Part shown: piece after piece, positions 1-12,559 of the stretch
Numbering within the stretch: position 1 is the stretch's first letter
How the letters are laid out: each line of letters begins with the position of its first letter
NCBI GenBank assembly: GCA_002269645.1
Contig: NIVC01002030.1
Coordinates: 223,389 to 287,388 of the forward strand
Length of the DNA: 64,000 nucleotides
DNA from: Macrostomum lignano
Lineage: Eukaryota
Direction: 5' to 3'
The notes under the pieces: generated by a model
Databases searched by the model: none
Told to the model about the DNA's origin: nothing
What the model saw: the letters and a program-made list of their open reading frames with translations, nothing else
Translations under genes and position numbers: made by a program

Positions 1-2615
1 CGGCGCTGGAGACCGCTGATGCTGGGAAGATTTGCCGGCTTAGGACGTCACTGGGATTGGTGAGCCTGGCCTGTACATTGTCTCGAACACCAGGTCCTGG
101 ATGCTCAGTGCCATCCTCTCGATTCTTGGTGCGGATGCGATCCTGGCTTAAATAGGTGCACCAGCTGCTTGTGGTCAGTGACGACCCGGAAACCGGACGA
201 ACCACTGAGGTAATGGCGGAAGCGCAGGCAACCGAATTTGACGGCGAGGGCTTGTCTTTCCGTCTGAAAATAGCGCGTCTCCACCGCTGACAGTGCGCGC
301 TTGCGTAGGCGATCGGTCGCAGGCTGCCGTCTGGCTGCTGTTGGCTGAGGATCGCTCCGAGTCCCGTCGGGCTGGCATCCACGATCACTTCTGTGGGTCT
401 GCGCTTGTCAAAGAATGCCAGTGTGCTGCTCGCGGAGATCGAGTTCTTGATGGCGCTGAAAGCAGTCTCCTCAGCCGCTCCCCAGGACCACGGCGCATCC
501 TTTCTGGTCAGATCTCGCAGGGGCTTGGCTATGTCTGACAGGGCTGGGATAAAGCGACTGACAAAAGCCACAAGGCCGAGAAAGGACCTCACTTCGGACG
601 CGTTTTTCGGTGCTCTGAATGCTTTCACAGCGCTCACCTTCTCGTCTGTCGGTTGGATGCCCTTCTCGGACAGGCGCATAGCGAGAAACTTGGCCTCCTT
701 GACGGCGAACTTGCACTTTGCAGGATTTAAGGTGATGTTGTCTCTTCTAGCCTTTGCAAGGTTGCCGCTAGCCGCTGGTTGTGCTCAATGATGGAGCTTG
801 CATAGATGATAATGTCGTCATGTACCCAGCGGACTCCTGGAGCCCACCGAGCACGCTGGTCATGACTCGTTGTAGAATCTCAGACGCTGACGTAAAGCCC
901 ATGCACAGGTGCGTCAGTCTCATGAGACCCTTCGGCGTCGAAAATGTTAGCAGATGGCGCGAGTCTTCTCGGACGCGGATCTGGTGGAACGCCTTGTTGA
1001 TGTCCAACTCGGGGAAGTAGCCGCGCACCGGCCATTTCATCAGTGACCTCTTCAAAAGTTGGTATGGGCTGTTTCTCAGGCACTAAGAACTTGTTCACAT
1101 CTCGCAGATCTTGGGTAATGCGCACTTGCCAGGCTGCGACTTCGGGACAACAACTATTCGTGCCACCCATTCGGACGGTCCGGTCACTTTCTCGATTATT
1201 CCAGCCTGCAGTTGATCGTCGAGCTCGCGCTGCGCAGCCTCCCGCAGATGCACGGAGATGCGACTTGGCGGATGGCAGACCGGCACGGCTCCGTCTTGCA
1301 GGTGGATGCCGACTTCAACGTCCTTGACGCACCCAATTCCCACAAATCGCTGCCTGAAGGTCTTGATAATGTTGCTGAGGCGCTCGTGCTGTGGCATTGC
1401 CTGATCGTCTGCCTCCGTCGCTGCGGCGCCAATGCAGCGCTGAGTGGCTCATGGAATCACCAGAGTCTTTCAGATGACAGACGCTGGGGTTGCTTGGTCC
1501 GATGCGTAGGATTCCCACCTCCTCGCTGGTTTCGCGGCCACGATCGTCGTGCCCGTCTCCTTGACGATGATGTAGCTAATGCTGGCGCTGACGTCATAAA
1601 CGGCGGTCCGGAGGGTCGCTTTGCCAAGAGTGGTGAGGGGTTCACTGGAGCCAAACGGGAAGACCCGCTGCCTTGACTCGCGAAGGTCGTCTGCCGTGCT
1701 TCCGATGGCCTTGAAAGTTTTTGAGTCCATTAGATTGCAGCTGGCGCCGCTGTCGATTAGCAGGTCTGTGGCGTGGCCGTTGATGTCTGCTCTAACGAGC
1801 GGCAGTCGCTTACGCTGTGGCGTCAGGCAGAACACCTCGCAGCTGCTCTCACTGTCTCGCTGTTGCTGATCACTCGGCTGCTCCTCGGCAATGGCGTGCA
1901 CCTTTCTGGAGCTCGCGGGTTTGGACAAGCACGCTTTTGCCAGGTGGCCGACCTTGTTGCAGTTCCGACACGTCTTTCCTCTGGCCGCCTCGCACGTTCG
2001 GTGGTCCGACTCTCCACAGCGGATGCACTTTGTTCTGGTTCGCTCCGGTCGGTCTGGCTTCTCGATACGCCGCATTGCGTTCACAGACTCGCTCTTCCGC
2101 GCTTCGATGACTGCAGATTGAAGGTCGGCCGCCTCGAATGCCCCTGCTTGCTGCAGCGCTTCTTTGAGCTGGATATTGGGTTTCTGCAGCAACCTGCGCC
2201 GGAGCTGGTCTGACTGGCAGCCGGCGACAATTTGGTCTCGGATGATGAAATCCCGTTGAGTCTCGAATTCACAGCCTTCTGCAGCCTTGAACAGCCGTTG
2301 CACCAGGCGTTGATGGCTTCGCCGGGCTGCTGCGTGCAGTGCCGGAATTCCTATCGCACGAATACCGGGTTGTGCCTGCTCTTGAAGTGCTCTCTGAGGG
2401 CGTCCAGGAGCTCTTCGAGGGTCTTGCCTGTCTTCGTGAGTTCTGCTTACGCTTCAGCCACCTGTTTGCCGCCGACGTAAAGTAGAATCTCTCGTTGTTG
2501 ACTTGCATCTGTTATGCCGCTTGCAGTCACAAAGCACTTGAATCGGTTGGCCCATTCTGCCCACCGTGCTGAGAGGTTGTGTGGCTCTTTCTGAGTATCG
2601 AAAAGCTCAAATTTA
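1..2615 (-). mobile_element. Degenerate Ty3/Gypsy LTR-retrotransposon gag-pol (gag, two Zn knuckles, protease, RT, RNase H); continues past the left edge
   Basis: Stitched minus-strand ORFs give: gag (RWAEWANRFKCF...RDQIVAG), CX2CX4HX4C knuckle (CRNCNKVGHLAKAC), protease LLIDSGAS, RT (WVARIVVVPK, DLRDVNK, ELDINKAFHQ, ..DDIII at about 810-822), RNase H (VIVDASPTGLGAILSQ, IAYASRAL, TDHKQL, NPSDVLSR). About 7 frameshifts, plus in-frame stops at 2447-2449 and 2351-2353. Confidence 0.95.
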
Positions 2616-3752
2616 GTGCCAAAAGTGTGCAGTTACGTGTACTTGTACATGTACTTCTGGGAATTCGGTAATGAAATAGTACATTTAGTGGTGTATAAAG
2701 GCTCGCCAGCGCAAGAACCCCTGCATAAGTCCTCTCTGTCCCTGCATGGCCAATGCGATCTTAGTCCCAGCAGCGTCCCTTCTATTCAGCTATGACTTCG
2801 AGATATAGACAGTGATGTAACCGCCCTTGTCGCCTGTCCGCTCCTATTGAGAGACGAACGCTTGACTAGAGGGGGCAATGACCGTAGGCTGCCTAGACCG
2901 GGCAATGACCTGACGGACCTCCAGCACCAGACTGTCCCGCCCACATGATTAGTAGCTTTGGTAGCGCTTCGTGACCAGAGGGCTAAGGACCCACATGGAC
3001 TCCCACCTGTAGCCAAGGTGCAATAGTTGGTCACTCGGTCATGGTATGACCGAGTGGCTGCCACCACTCTATGTGACCTGGCGCACCTGGATCTTTCTAC
3101 CAGACCTCTCGAGGCTAGAGCCCCGCCTGGATTGGTTACCAGGGGATTTAGGCTAACAGGGGAGACGCATGCAGCCGAGTACAGGGACTCTGCTTGGGGC
3201 ATGATCGGGAACTCTGGGCTCAATCCTGGAGGATTTCTCAGCAGGGGATCCTTTGTGGCTGTGAGCGAGGCTGACTTGCGACTTTGATTACTAAGAGTAG
3301 TATGAGGCGAACATGTACTGTCTCCAGTTTAGATTGCTCAGGGCGAAGGGACGCGTTAGCATGGGGTTGCAACCTTCCTACTGCCATTCTGTGCCAAGAC
3401 TCGCTAATCCATCTACTGCACGCACACGCGGCCCGCAGCACGCACTCACAGGCGGGCTTTGCACGGGGAGAGGCCATTAGCTTAACCAAACTCCTTATGC
3501 TTTGCCACCCCGGGAGAAAGGCTTAGCAAGCCATGAGTTAAATGATGGTGAAAGATTGAATAATGATGAAGTTAGTTAATAGTTAATAATTAGGCCCTTA
3601 GGCGAATAATCAGGCAATTAGGCGGCTTCACTATTGAGTAAAATACAGCAAAAGATACGGTATCACAATTGGCTCAGCTCTCTAATCAGACAATGGAAAA
3701 TAGGCAAACCCCGGATAAGCAAAGGCAATTAGAGCACAAATTAGTAACAGGA

Positions 3753-4620
3753 ACTTACCGGCAGCTGCACAGAGAGAGAGAGAGAGAGGCGGAGTGACCG
3801 AGGGTGGCTGTAGGCTGCAGTCAGGCAGACAGTGAAGCGGCGATGCGCTGGAGCGACGAGGCGCTGATGTAGATCAGGTGATGCTGATGATGCTGGGCGG
3901 TATCAGACCGCTGGCCGATAGGCGAGCTCGCTTGGGGAGCTAAGGATAACTTGACGGTAACAGACCGCGGACCGGCAGGGATTCGTCTAATAGACGAATG
4001 GGTCAGAACTCAGTCTGACGGCAAGTCTAAAGAAAGACTAGGAGCCCGAAGGTGGGCAGAAGTTGAGGATTCTCATGCCGAAATCGCTTCCTTTTATAGA
4101 CCTCACAGCCGCCTCCTCAAGGTCGTTACCATGGCTCCCTCTCTCTGATTGGCTGCCGGCAGAATGACGTCAGAATGAGTCATGATGAGAAGCATGAGAC
4201 CGGCATAGCAACATGAGAAATAGGGAAATTGCGCAATCCGGAGGTGGGGTGGGGGGATAATTGGCGCAGCGGGTGGTCGCGAAAGTGTTGCGCAAGCAAA
4301 CATTGAGAACAATAGGGCTGGGGTCGAGAACAAAGGAATTGGAAATCGGGGATAATTGGGGAAAACTGAGAACAATGGAAAAGTAAACATTGGAGAAAAG
4401 GTGATAATTAGGTGCGAAAACGAGAACAAAAGAAAGAGAAAATCGGAGAAAATGTGATAATTGGTGGGGGTCGAGAGAACAAAAGAATCAAAAACGAGAA
4501 CAATAGAAGCGGAGGTGGGTGGGTGTCGCATGAGAAATTTGGGGAGGAGAACAATGGCATGAGAAAAGGTTGCGCAAGAGAGGAAGATGAGTCATCGATG
4601 AGTCATCGGGGGAAGAAGGG
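3753..4620 (-). promoter_or_regulatory. Candidate Pol II promoter/enhancer (LTR-U3-like) facing the Gypsy ORF
   Basis: Minus-strand TATAAAA 4098-4092, CCAAT 4152-4148, TGACGTCA 4165-4172, TGAGTCA 4176-4182 and twice near 4587-4604, ATTGCGCAAT 4228-4237, and a downstream CG|GTAAGT donor at 3758. Confidence 0.4.
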
Positions 4621-5719
4621 GTCACACGACTTGCGTCACCGTTTGGGAGTTTGGGAGGGGATGGGGAGACGGTGAGCACACAAAATACTGTAAGTAGACA
4701 CAGAGAAGGAGGGGACAGCGCAGGAAAAGAGTGCAGAGAGAGACAAAAAGAGGGGGGAAAGGGAAAGTACAAGAAGAATAGGGTGGAGTGCAGGGGAGAT
4801 AAGGTAGAGGGGAGGGTACAGAGAGGGACAGGGAGCTCCGCAAAGGCAGGTGTGGCGGCAGGAGAGACGGGACCAAGGCAGCAGGAGGGGTGCAGCAGAG
4901 CGGGAGTCTCCAGGCCCGGTCGGAGACCTGGCCGAGTCTCGACAGCTCTGTGCAGAGGGTGCACGGGATAGGAGGCACTTTCGAAAAAGTTCCCATGCCC
5001 TATCCCGCGACCAGAGCGTGGTTACATCAACAGCTAAAAGACACTAGATGGCAGGTAAGTGCAGTGCCCCTCTAGTCGGAAGTCCGATTTCGATAGCTCC
5101 GGTTTGGTGAGCCGGGGCGCACGGACTGGTGGCAGCGGGTCAGTTAATCTGTGGATTAGCTAATCTCTACCTTTCAAATTCTCCCTGCTTGTCTCTCGCT
5201 GTCTTCTCTTAGCTAAAGGACCTTGCTGCTCGCCCACAATCTAGCTACCACGGGGCTGACCATCTGACAGGAGTGAGAGAGGCCAGAGTTTTAAGAGATT
5301 CATTGCTGAGTTCTGAGTCCCGAAGCTATAGGCTTAAAAAGGCCGAACCCATCAATTGTGAAACCCTGGCCCCTTGCTGGGATGACAAGAGACAGTTGAT
5401 AGTCAGCAGAGCCGCTCCACCTGCTCATGGAGGGCTCAATCTGTTAAGCTGAGCATGCTTTGTTTTATTGCTTTGTATTGCTTTGCACACTTATAATTGA
5501 CTGGCCTGCAGGATACTGTCGGAAAAGTATTACGTAGTTTAAAATAATTTATTCCTTTCTGTGTGGGAGAGGGCCCAGATTTCTAGTTTAAGCACTAAAA
5601 ATTCTTAACAACCTCTCACCTTCTGGACTCCCGTGATTTGCAAATAAAACGAGTCTGCAGTGTTTTGAGTGTTTTGTTCGAAGTTACCCAGAAAAATGCT
5701 CTTTTTTGCAGTGCCGTTC

Positions 5720-6135
5720 TCCGGACTCCTACTAGTCTTACCCCTTCCCACTCGACCCAACCTTTCCCACCTTACTCTACCCCTTTCCCACTTCACCCTA
5801 CCTACCCCTTCCCACTCCACCCTACCCTTTCCCACTTCACCCTACCCCTTCCCACTTCACCCTACCCATTCCCACTTCACCCTACCCCTTCCTAAGTCAC
5901 CCTACCCCTTCCCAATACACCTACCCTTTTCACTTTAACCCTACCCCTTCCCACTCGACTCAACCCTTCCCACCTTACTCTCTGTACCCCTCTCTACTCT
6001 ACCCCTTACCACTCCACCCTACCCCTTCCCACTTCACCCTACCCGTTCCCACTCCACCCTACCCCTTCCCACTTCACCCTAGCCCTTCACGCTCCACTCT
6101 ACCCCTTTCCATTCGACCCTAGCCCTTCCCTCACG
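5720..6135. repeat. 20-bp pyrimidine-rich minisatellite (cctaccccttcccacttcac)
   Basis: Tandem copies visible directly; degenerate at the edges. Confidence 0.9.
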
Positions 6136-7333
6136 AATATTTTATTGTTTCCTCATTGGAGATATTTGAGGTAAAAAGGATTTAAAAAGTTGAAACGACG
6201 ACAAAAACTGATGTAATTTGCAATTACAAATGATGCGATATGCAATTAAAATTTTTGCTTCCAAACTTGCTGGCATCATACATACCTTCAACAATTATAT
6301 TTTAACATCATCGACAAGTTATTTGATTTTAAAACAGTCAAATTTTATTAACAGTTGCGCTAATTGTGGAAATGCATGGAATCCAATTAGTTGGTTACCG
6401 CTGATCAACACAGCAAGATTGATTGAGGAAGCAATTTATAATAAAACTAATAAAACTAACGCCAGTTAATAAGGCGCAATGACAAATGTAAATGCTTATT
6501 ATAGCTATTTTTGCAATTTTTCTAATGATTTTAAAGAAGGCTAGAGTATGGCTAAAACAGATGTTTAGAAAAGAAGTTCCAGACATTTTATACATATTTT
6601 GATAAAATAGATTTTTTCGCAATACACTGCTGTTAGTAGCTAGCATTGTAGATATAAATAATATGCACATTTTTTTACAATATACCGGCGGATAGCGCAA
6701 GAGAATAAACAAATTTTGCAAAAAATATTAATGACAACATTCAAAATATTACAAAAAATATAACAAATATTGATTTACAGAAAACTGGGCCCTTATAATT
6801 TAATAGACATTTTTGCGAAAGCCGTTCGTTAGAAATAATGGACTTGAATGCTTCATGAATCCAACTAACACCTTTTGTGTTATGGCAGAGGCACACAAAG
6901 TGTTAGAGAACAAATGTCATTGCAACCTGTACTATAAATAATTACGATAGTTCTAAAACATGCTAATTAATTAGACAATTAGTGTTTTATACATGGCGCT
7001 AATTTTGCAATTATACATCACTTTTTTCTTTTAAATCGTTACACAAGCTTTGTTACAAAACACACGCACACACACCACGGCAGACAAAAAGGCCAAGCCG
7101 CGTTGCACAAAGTGGGATCTTGTGATGACTTTTGCTCCAGACCGGTTTTTACTCCTTAAATTTTTTTCACTCTTAATAATTTAATTCACAATAAGGTATA
7201 AATTATAATATCAATTATCGCTTAAAATCGTACATTTTTTAGGCAGCAAAAACCGGTCAGTACAAGTTGTCCTGGTATCAATTATTATAAATTAAAGTCA
7301 ACGGTTAAAAAACTTAAGGTAGATCAATTTAAA

Positions 7334-9337
7334 TTAGAACAGAACTTTACTGGCGGCCACGAGTCGGCTGTGCTTACTGCGACTGTGCTGCCGCTCCCAG
7401 GAACGGGTCAGGCGCTGGAAATGGGTCAGCTCGGCTTTGTGCTCCGGGTCAACCATCTTCACGTACTTTGCCGGCTGGCAGTTCGACTGCAAGTTTTGGT
7501 TGTTGTTGAGTAGTTCAGCGTATTAACACGCTCCCCCTTGATAAGACCACTAGTGTTAGTAGCAGTAGAATAAGAGGTAGGGTGAAGAGAGTGGTAGACA
7601 GTAGAGTGAAGCATGGAAAGTCGAAGGGTAGACAGTAGAAGAGTAGACAGGAAGGGTAGACAGGAGCATGAGGGGTAGGCAGTAGAAGGGTAGACAGGAG
7701 GGGTAGACAGGAGGGGTAGACAGTAGAAGGAAGCACAGAAGGGTAGAGAGCAGAATACATGCTCGAGCCCAGAGAATGATGCTGTCACGTCGAAGCCCTC
7801 CCCTGACAGCACCCAAGCCGCTCACCTTGAACGCATCGTAGAAGGCCTTGTAACCGCCTTGCAGCACGTAGACCTCCGGATAGAACAAATCCGGATAATT
7901 GCACACGTTGGCCTCGCGGTCCCGTTGACGCAGAAAGCGCGCTAATTTTGGCGCCCGTTCGCTGCTGAACTCGCAGTGAAAGATTAACACAGAGGCCTTG
8001 GTCGCCGGACTGCAGCAGCCTGGCTGGCCGGCTCGAGGAATCGGCGGAGAAGGTCCTCCTGGGAGGGTTGAGTTGGGATTTGTTAGGTAAAAATGTTTGG
8101 AAAGCGAGCAGTCATCACGTCGATATGTAGTGTAGATAACTTTAGATTATTTACTTTACAAGCCAAATTTCAATTAAATTTAGAAATAAAAAATTACACT
8201 TACTTCTAACTACTCTACTATAAGTAGAAAAACAGGATAACTTTGACAATGAAAGCTAACCTGAGTAAAAACGTTGACGGCGCCTTGAATGTGGCCGCCT
8301 GAGAATTCGTAGGGATAGCGGCAGTCAATGATGGCGTAGCTGGACACCGTACTGGAGAATTCTCCGTTCACCAGCCGGCTGACGGTGTCGCTGGTCACGT
8401 GACGAATGCCATAATCCAACTCCTTGACGGTTGGCAGGGCGTGCCGCTGCTCGGAGTTGCCAATCAGGTTCAGCGAGTCGATGGACGCGATGGCCCGGTC
8501 GACGCGGGCTGAATCCAAGGCTGTGGCCGCTGACTCCTGGCGATGCAGGCTGGGGCGACTGTTACCGGGGGTGCCGTCGACACTGCTGCTGCACGCGATC
8601 TCGCTGGCGCACCGGTGCAACGCAGCCGCAGGCGCAGCGACGGGGACGGTGGAGGCAACAGTGGAGAAAGTCTTCGTTGGCGGCTTCTTGAATGTCGGCG
8701 TAGTTGAATTGGTCAGGTCGCCGAGCGGCCGGCCCAGGCGTCGGCGTTTCGGCGTGCCGCACTTGTTGGCGCCGCTGTTCGGACACCGGTTCTCGCTGTC
8801 TTCGTCCTTGTCCTCAACGTCGTCAATGTCGATGGCGAAGTCGGCAGAAGTTGTTGTCACGTCGTTCAGCGTGTCGACAGACATCGGCGACGGCCGCTTC
8901 TTGCAGGACAGGCGACGACTACGCCACGCCGACGACGATGACGGAGGCTGAGGCGGCGGAGCCGATGGGAGCCGGGGCAGCTCGGAGGCCAGCGGCTGAC
9001 CAGCTGGCAGGCGTCTTGAGGGCTCCGACGGCGACGGGCGAAAGGCAACGGCAGCGCCGATGCCCCAGTCCATGCCGCAGGCGGTCGTTGATACATCGTC
9101 CTCATCATCGTCATCGTCGTCAAAAGACAAAGGCGCCGGCAGAGTCAAAGCGGCGTTGACGGCGGCAGAATTCGGAGAATTGACGAATCGCATAAAAGAA
9201 TCGTCGTGGCTGCAGTCTTCTAGGCTGAAGTTGAAAAGCCCTGCTGAATCGCTGAATGGCATCCGAGCATTGGTGCCCACTGTTGCTGAAGCTGCAGGGC
9301 TGAAGCTTTCTCGGTCAGTTGTAAAAGACACGTCCAT
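7334..9337 (-). CDS. cdc25: Cdc25 (M-phase inducer phosphatase), 3 exons, with an apparent 1-nt frameshift in exon 2
   Basis: Exons 9337-8261 (CAG|GTTAGC), 8058-7826 (cccag| ... AAG|GTGAGC), 7486-7334 (TAA). Motifs [20 protein letters not shown], catalytic [11 protein letters not shown] (HCX5R), [24 protein letters not shown]; D-box-like RPLGDLTN. The start of exon 2 ([10 protein letters not shown]) is out of frame with VLIFHCEF. Confidence 0.93.
7595..7745. repeat. Degenerate purine-rich repeat (gtagacag...) in cdc25 intron 2
   Basis: Recurring gtagacag/gtagaagg words. Confidence 0.65.
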
Positions 9338-10061
9338 TATTGCTTTGTTTATTATTAATCTGAAGTAACTAAATAAGAACTAAAACTATCGGGGAAGTGA
9401 ATTCTAAATTGTAAAATCAAACAAGGGCCACCACTACACAACTGCCACACCGGGGGAGACGCGAGGCAAACGCGAGTGAATTAATTGTAAGTGCAAGATT
9501 TCCGATATTTAAGGCTTCTTGTGGACCCTTCAGTCCGGGTCCTTTTTTTAACGAAATGGAGGGTGGGTTGCATCGCTTGCCTCCCCACACACTTTTCGGG
9601 GGGAAGGTTGTTTTGCAGTTTGGCTTGGACCAAGGGGTAAAAAGAGTAAAGCGAAGGAGTGAGGCCTGCCAGACTGAATTGAGGAGGGGCCAACCAATAA
9701 GGGGCCTGCCAACCCCCTCTTCACCCGCCACCCGCCCGTGGCCAAACAGCTGATTTTTACAACCGATAGCTTTGGTTGGTTGAAACAGCCAATGTACAAT
9801 TTGACTAAACAACACGCTCCCCGCGTACATAGGCGCCCTTTACCCGATACAGACTAAATAGACTACGATTATAATACTAATTTAAGGCACAAGTGTAATA
9901 TAATCAGCTGTGTGTCTGCGTTGTTTGCTGCACGACTCGACTCAGTCAGCTTATCTTTAATTTGAATTATATGATGCATATTAGCGGACTATTTGCCGAC
10001 GGTTTACGAATTACTCTGCGTACACACTTATTAATGATAACAGGGGCGTTGCCATGGATTT

Positions 10062-10695
10062 TTGGCGCCGCAGACACTCATTTTAGCGACGCAGGCACTC
10101 ATTTTAGCGCCGCAGACACTCATTTTAGCGCCGCAGGCACTCATTTTAGCGCCGCAGACACTCATTTTAGCGCCGCAAGCACTCATTTTAGCGCCGCAGA
10201 CACTCATTTTAGCGCCGCAGGCACTCATTTTAGCTCCGCAGGCACTCATTTTAGCGCCACAGGCACTCATTTTAGCGCCGCAGACACTCATTTTAGCGCC
10301 ACAGGCACTCATTTTAGCGCCGCAGGCACTCATTAAGCGCCGCAAGCACTCATTTAAGCGCCGCAGGCACTCATTTTAGCGCCGCAGGCACTCATTTTAG
10401 CGCCGCAGGCACTCATTTTGGCGCCGCAGACACTCATTTTAGCGCCGCAGGCACTCATTTTAGCGCCGCAAGCACTCATTTTAGCGCCGCAAGCACTCAT
10501 TTTAGCGCCGCAGGCACTCATTTTGGCGCCGCAGGCACTCATTTTAGCGCCGCAAGCACTCATTTTAGCGCCGCAGACACTCATTTTAGCGCCGCAGGCA
10601 CTCATTTTAGCGCCGCAGACACTCATTTTAGCGCCGCAGGCACTCATTTTGGCGCCGCAGGCACTCATTTTAGCGCCGCAGGCACTCATTTTAGC
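10062..10695. repeat. 21-bp minisatellite cactcattttagcgccgcagg (about 30 copies)
   Basis: 7-aa periodic spurious ORFs (APQALIL); some units read ttttggcgcc. Confidence 0.97.
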
Positions 10696-11469
10696 AGAGT
10701 GACAGAGCTACACGAAGCCGAAGGCGCCTGGATTTTGTCACTTTTTTGGCCCCGGATCGCCCCCCCCCACAGCGTCGAATTGAGAACGAAGCGAACACCA
10801 TCTGCAACCCAAAGCGTTTTTTTGACACCTCGATCTCTCCATTCTTCCTAGCCCAAAAACTAAACACCAGGCCTGTCCCCAATTGACAGATCGCTCCACT
10901 TTCAACCCGAAACCGAAAAAGTTGGTGACAAAGCTTCGATGCTAATGCACCCCTCGCTGTGTTTTCTTTACTCCTCGCTCGAAGCCTTCATTCAAGATTC
11001 GAGTCAACACAATCGACTCTCTCTCAACATAGACCCAGACCAAGCCAACCGTGCTTATTCGAATTACGTTTTATATAGATCGTATTATGCGAACGTATTA
11101 GGCTCATATCAAGCATCGAATCGTGCAGTCTTATAGGAATCTACGATATCATTACCACGCAATCTGACAGAGCAGTTCGACGCTTGGATGCGTGGGGTCA
11201 GGTTGCATTGGGCCTTGGGCAGAGGATCAATCGCAAATTATTATCGAGTATAATTTTCGCATTTACTTTGTTCAGTTCTTAGAGTCTATTTTGCTAAATA
11301 ATCTAACCAGTAGTCAAGTTGAGTCAAAAAGCAATCGAACTCAACAAAATTCTTTTTTTTGTATTTATTTTGGTAAAAAAAAAATTTCCTAGCTAGCTAG
11401 TAAACGGACAAATAAGTTGATAAATTAAAAGGCATTCGATTAGGAAATTAGGAAAAGAAAAATATTTGG

Positions 11470-12005
11470 ACATTGGGAGAGAGAGATGGGAGAGAAATGG
11501 AGGGGAGGGATGGGAGAGACATGGGAGAGAGATGGGAGAGAGATGGGAGAGAGATGGTAGAGAGATGGTAGAGAGATGGGAGAGAGATGGGAGAGAGATG
11601 GTAGAGAGATGGGAGAGAGATGGGAGAGAGATGGTAGAGAGATGGGAGAGAGATGGTAGAGAGATGGGAGAGAGATGGTAGAGAGATGGGAGAGAGATGG
11701 GAGAGAGATGGGGAGAGAAAGATGGGAGAGAGATGGGAGAGAGATGGTAGAGAGATGGGAGAGAGATGGTAGAGAGATGGTAGAGAGATGATAGAGAGAT
11801 GGTAGAGAGATGGTAGAGAGATGGGAGAGAGATGGTAGAGAGATGGTAGAGAGATGGTAGAGAGATGGGAGAGAGATGGTAGAGAGATGGTAGAGAGATG
11901 GGAGAGAGATGGGAGAGATGGGGAGAGAAAGATGGGAGAGAGATGGTAGACAGATGGTAGAGAGATGGTAGAGAGATGGGAGAGAGATGGGAGAGAGATG
12001 GAGAG
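11470..12005. repeat. 11-bp GA-rich minisatellite gagagatgg(g/t)a
   Basis: Tandem copies visible directly. Confidence 0.95.
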
Positions 12006-12559
12006 ACAGTTGGGAAGAGTTAGAGCAGTTGGCACAGTGATTTCGTCAGTTAATCAAAGGACAGGTTTCGAATTTCAGAATCGCCCCCAGTTCCTCTGAA
12101 ACGCCGTCCCGCATGGCCCGCTCCGATTCAGAGCCATCGCTCGCTATACCCCGCTTTCCATCTGTCTCGTTTCGTTACCTCTTTTCAAGCCGAAAGGGCT
12201 TATAATATATACATCTAGAATCCCAACAGCCCCAAGGCCCACATCAATCTAAATCTAAATTATTTCTCCTCTCTGGCTCTGATCGTAAAAGCAGGGGGCA
12301 ACGGAGATTGCGATAGTTGGGTTGGATTCAGTTCTTCTTCACTGGGGCTGAAGAGGGCCGGGGCCCGAGGAAGTGAAGCACGTAGCACAACTCCCGAAAA
12401 CCCCTTGGCGATGACGTCAGGCGATATTTTCGTTAAGACCAGGGACTTCCATAGAATATGGCACTTGTGGACTGGAAGCTGGTATAAAATGACTATTTAT
12501 TTTATTGACAGAACTCCTATATCTGCAGCTTTGATGCCAGAACCAATGAAGGACACTTT

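Noticed and set aside
4103-5075. Several 60-160-aa ORFs in the purine-rich block
   Set aside because: Low complexity and no domain motifs; explained by strand compositional bias.
8424-9368. Plus-strand ORFs overlapping cdc25 exon 1, and similar antisense ORFs over the RRM, SRP19, SIL1, MULE and PPP6R exons
   Set aside because: Shadow ORFs of GC-rich coding sequence with no recognisable motifs.
10038-10070. caggggcgttgccatgg resembling a MITE/hAT terminus at the start of the 21-bp array
   Set aside because: I found no matching inverted terminus or TSD nearby.
10031-10702. Periodic ORFs (MSACGAK, APQALIL), and likewise those at 11448, 20868, 29733, 31490-32744, 53030, 56513 and 62592-63636
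   Set aside because: Stop-free frames are a by-product of tandem repeats.
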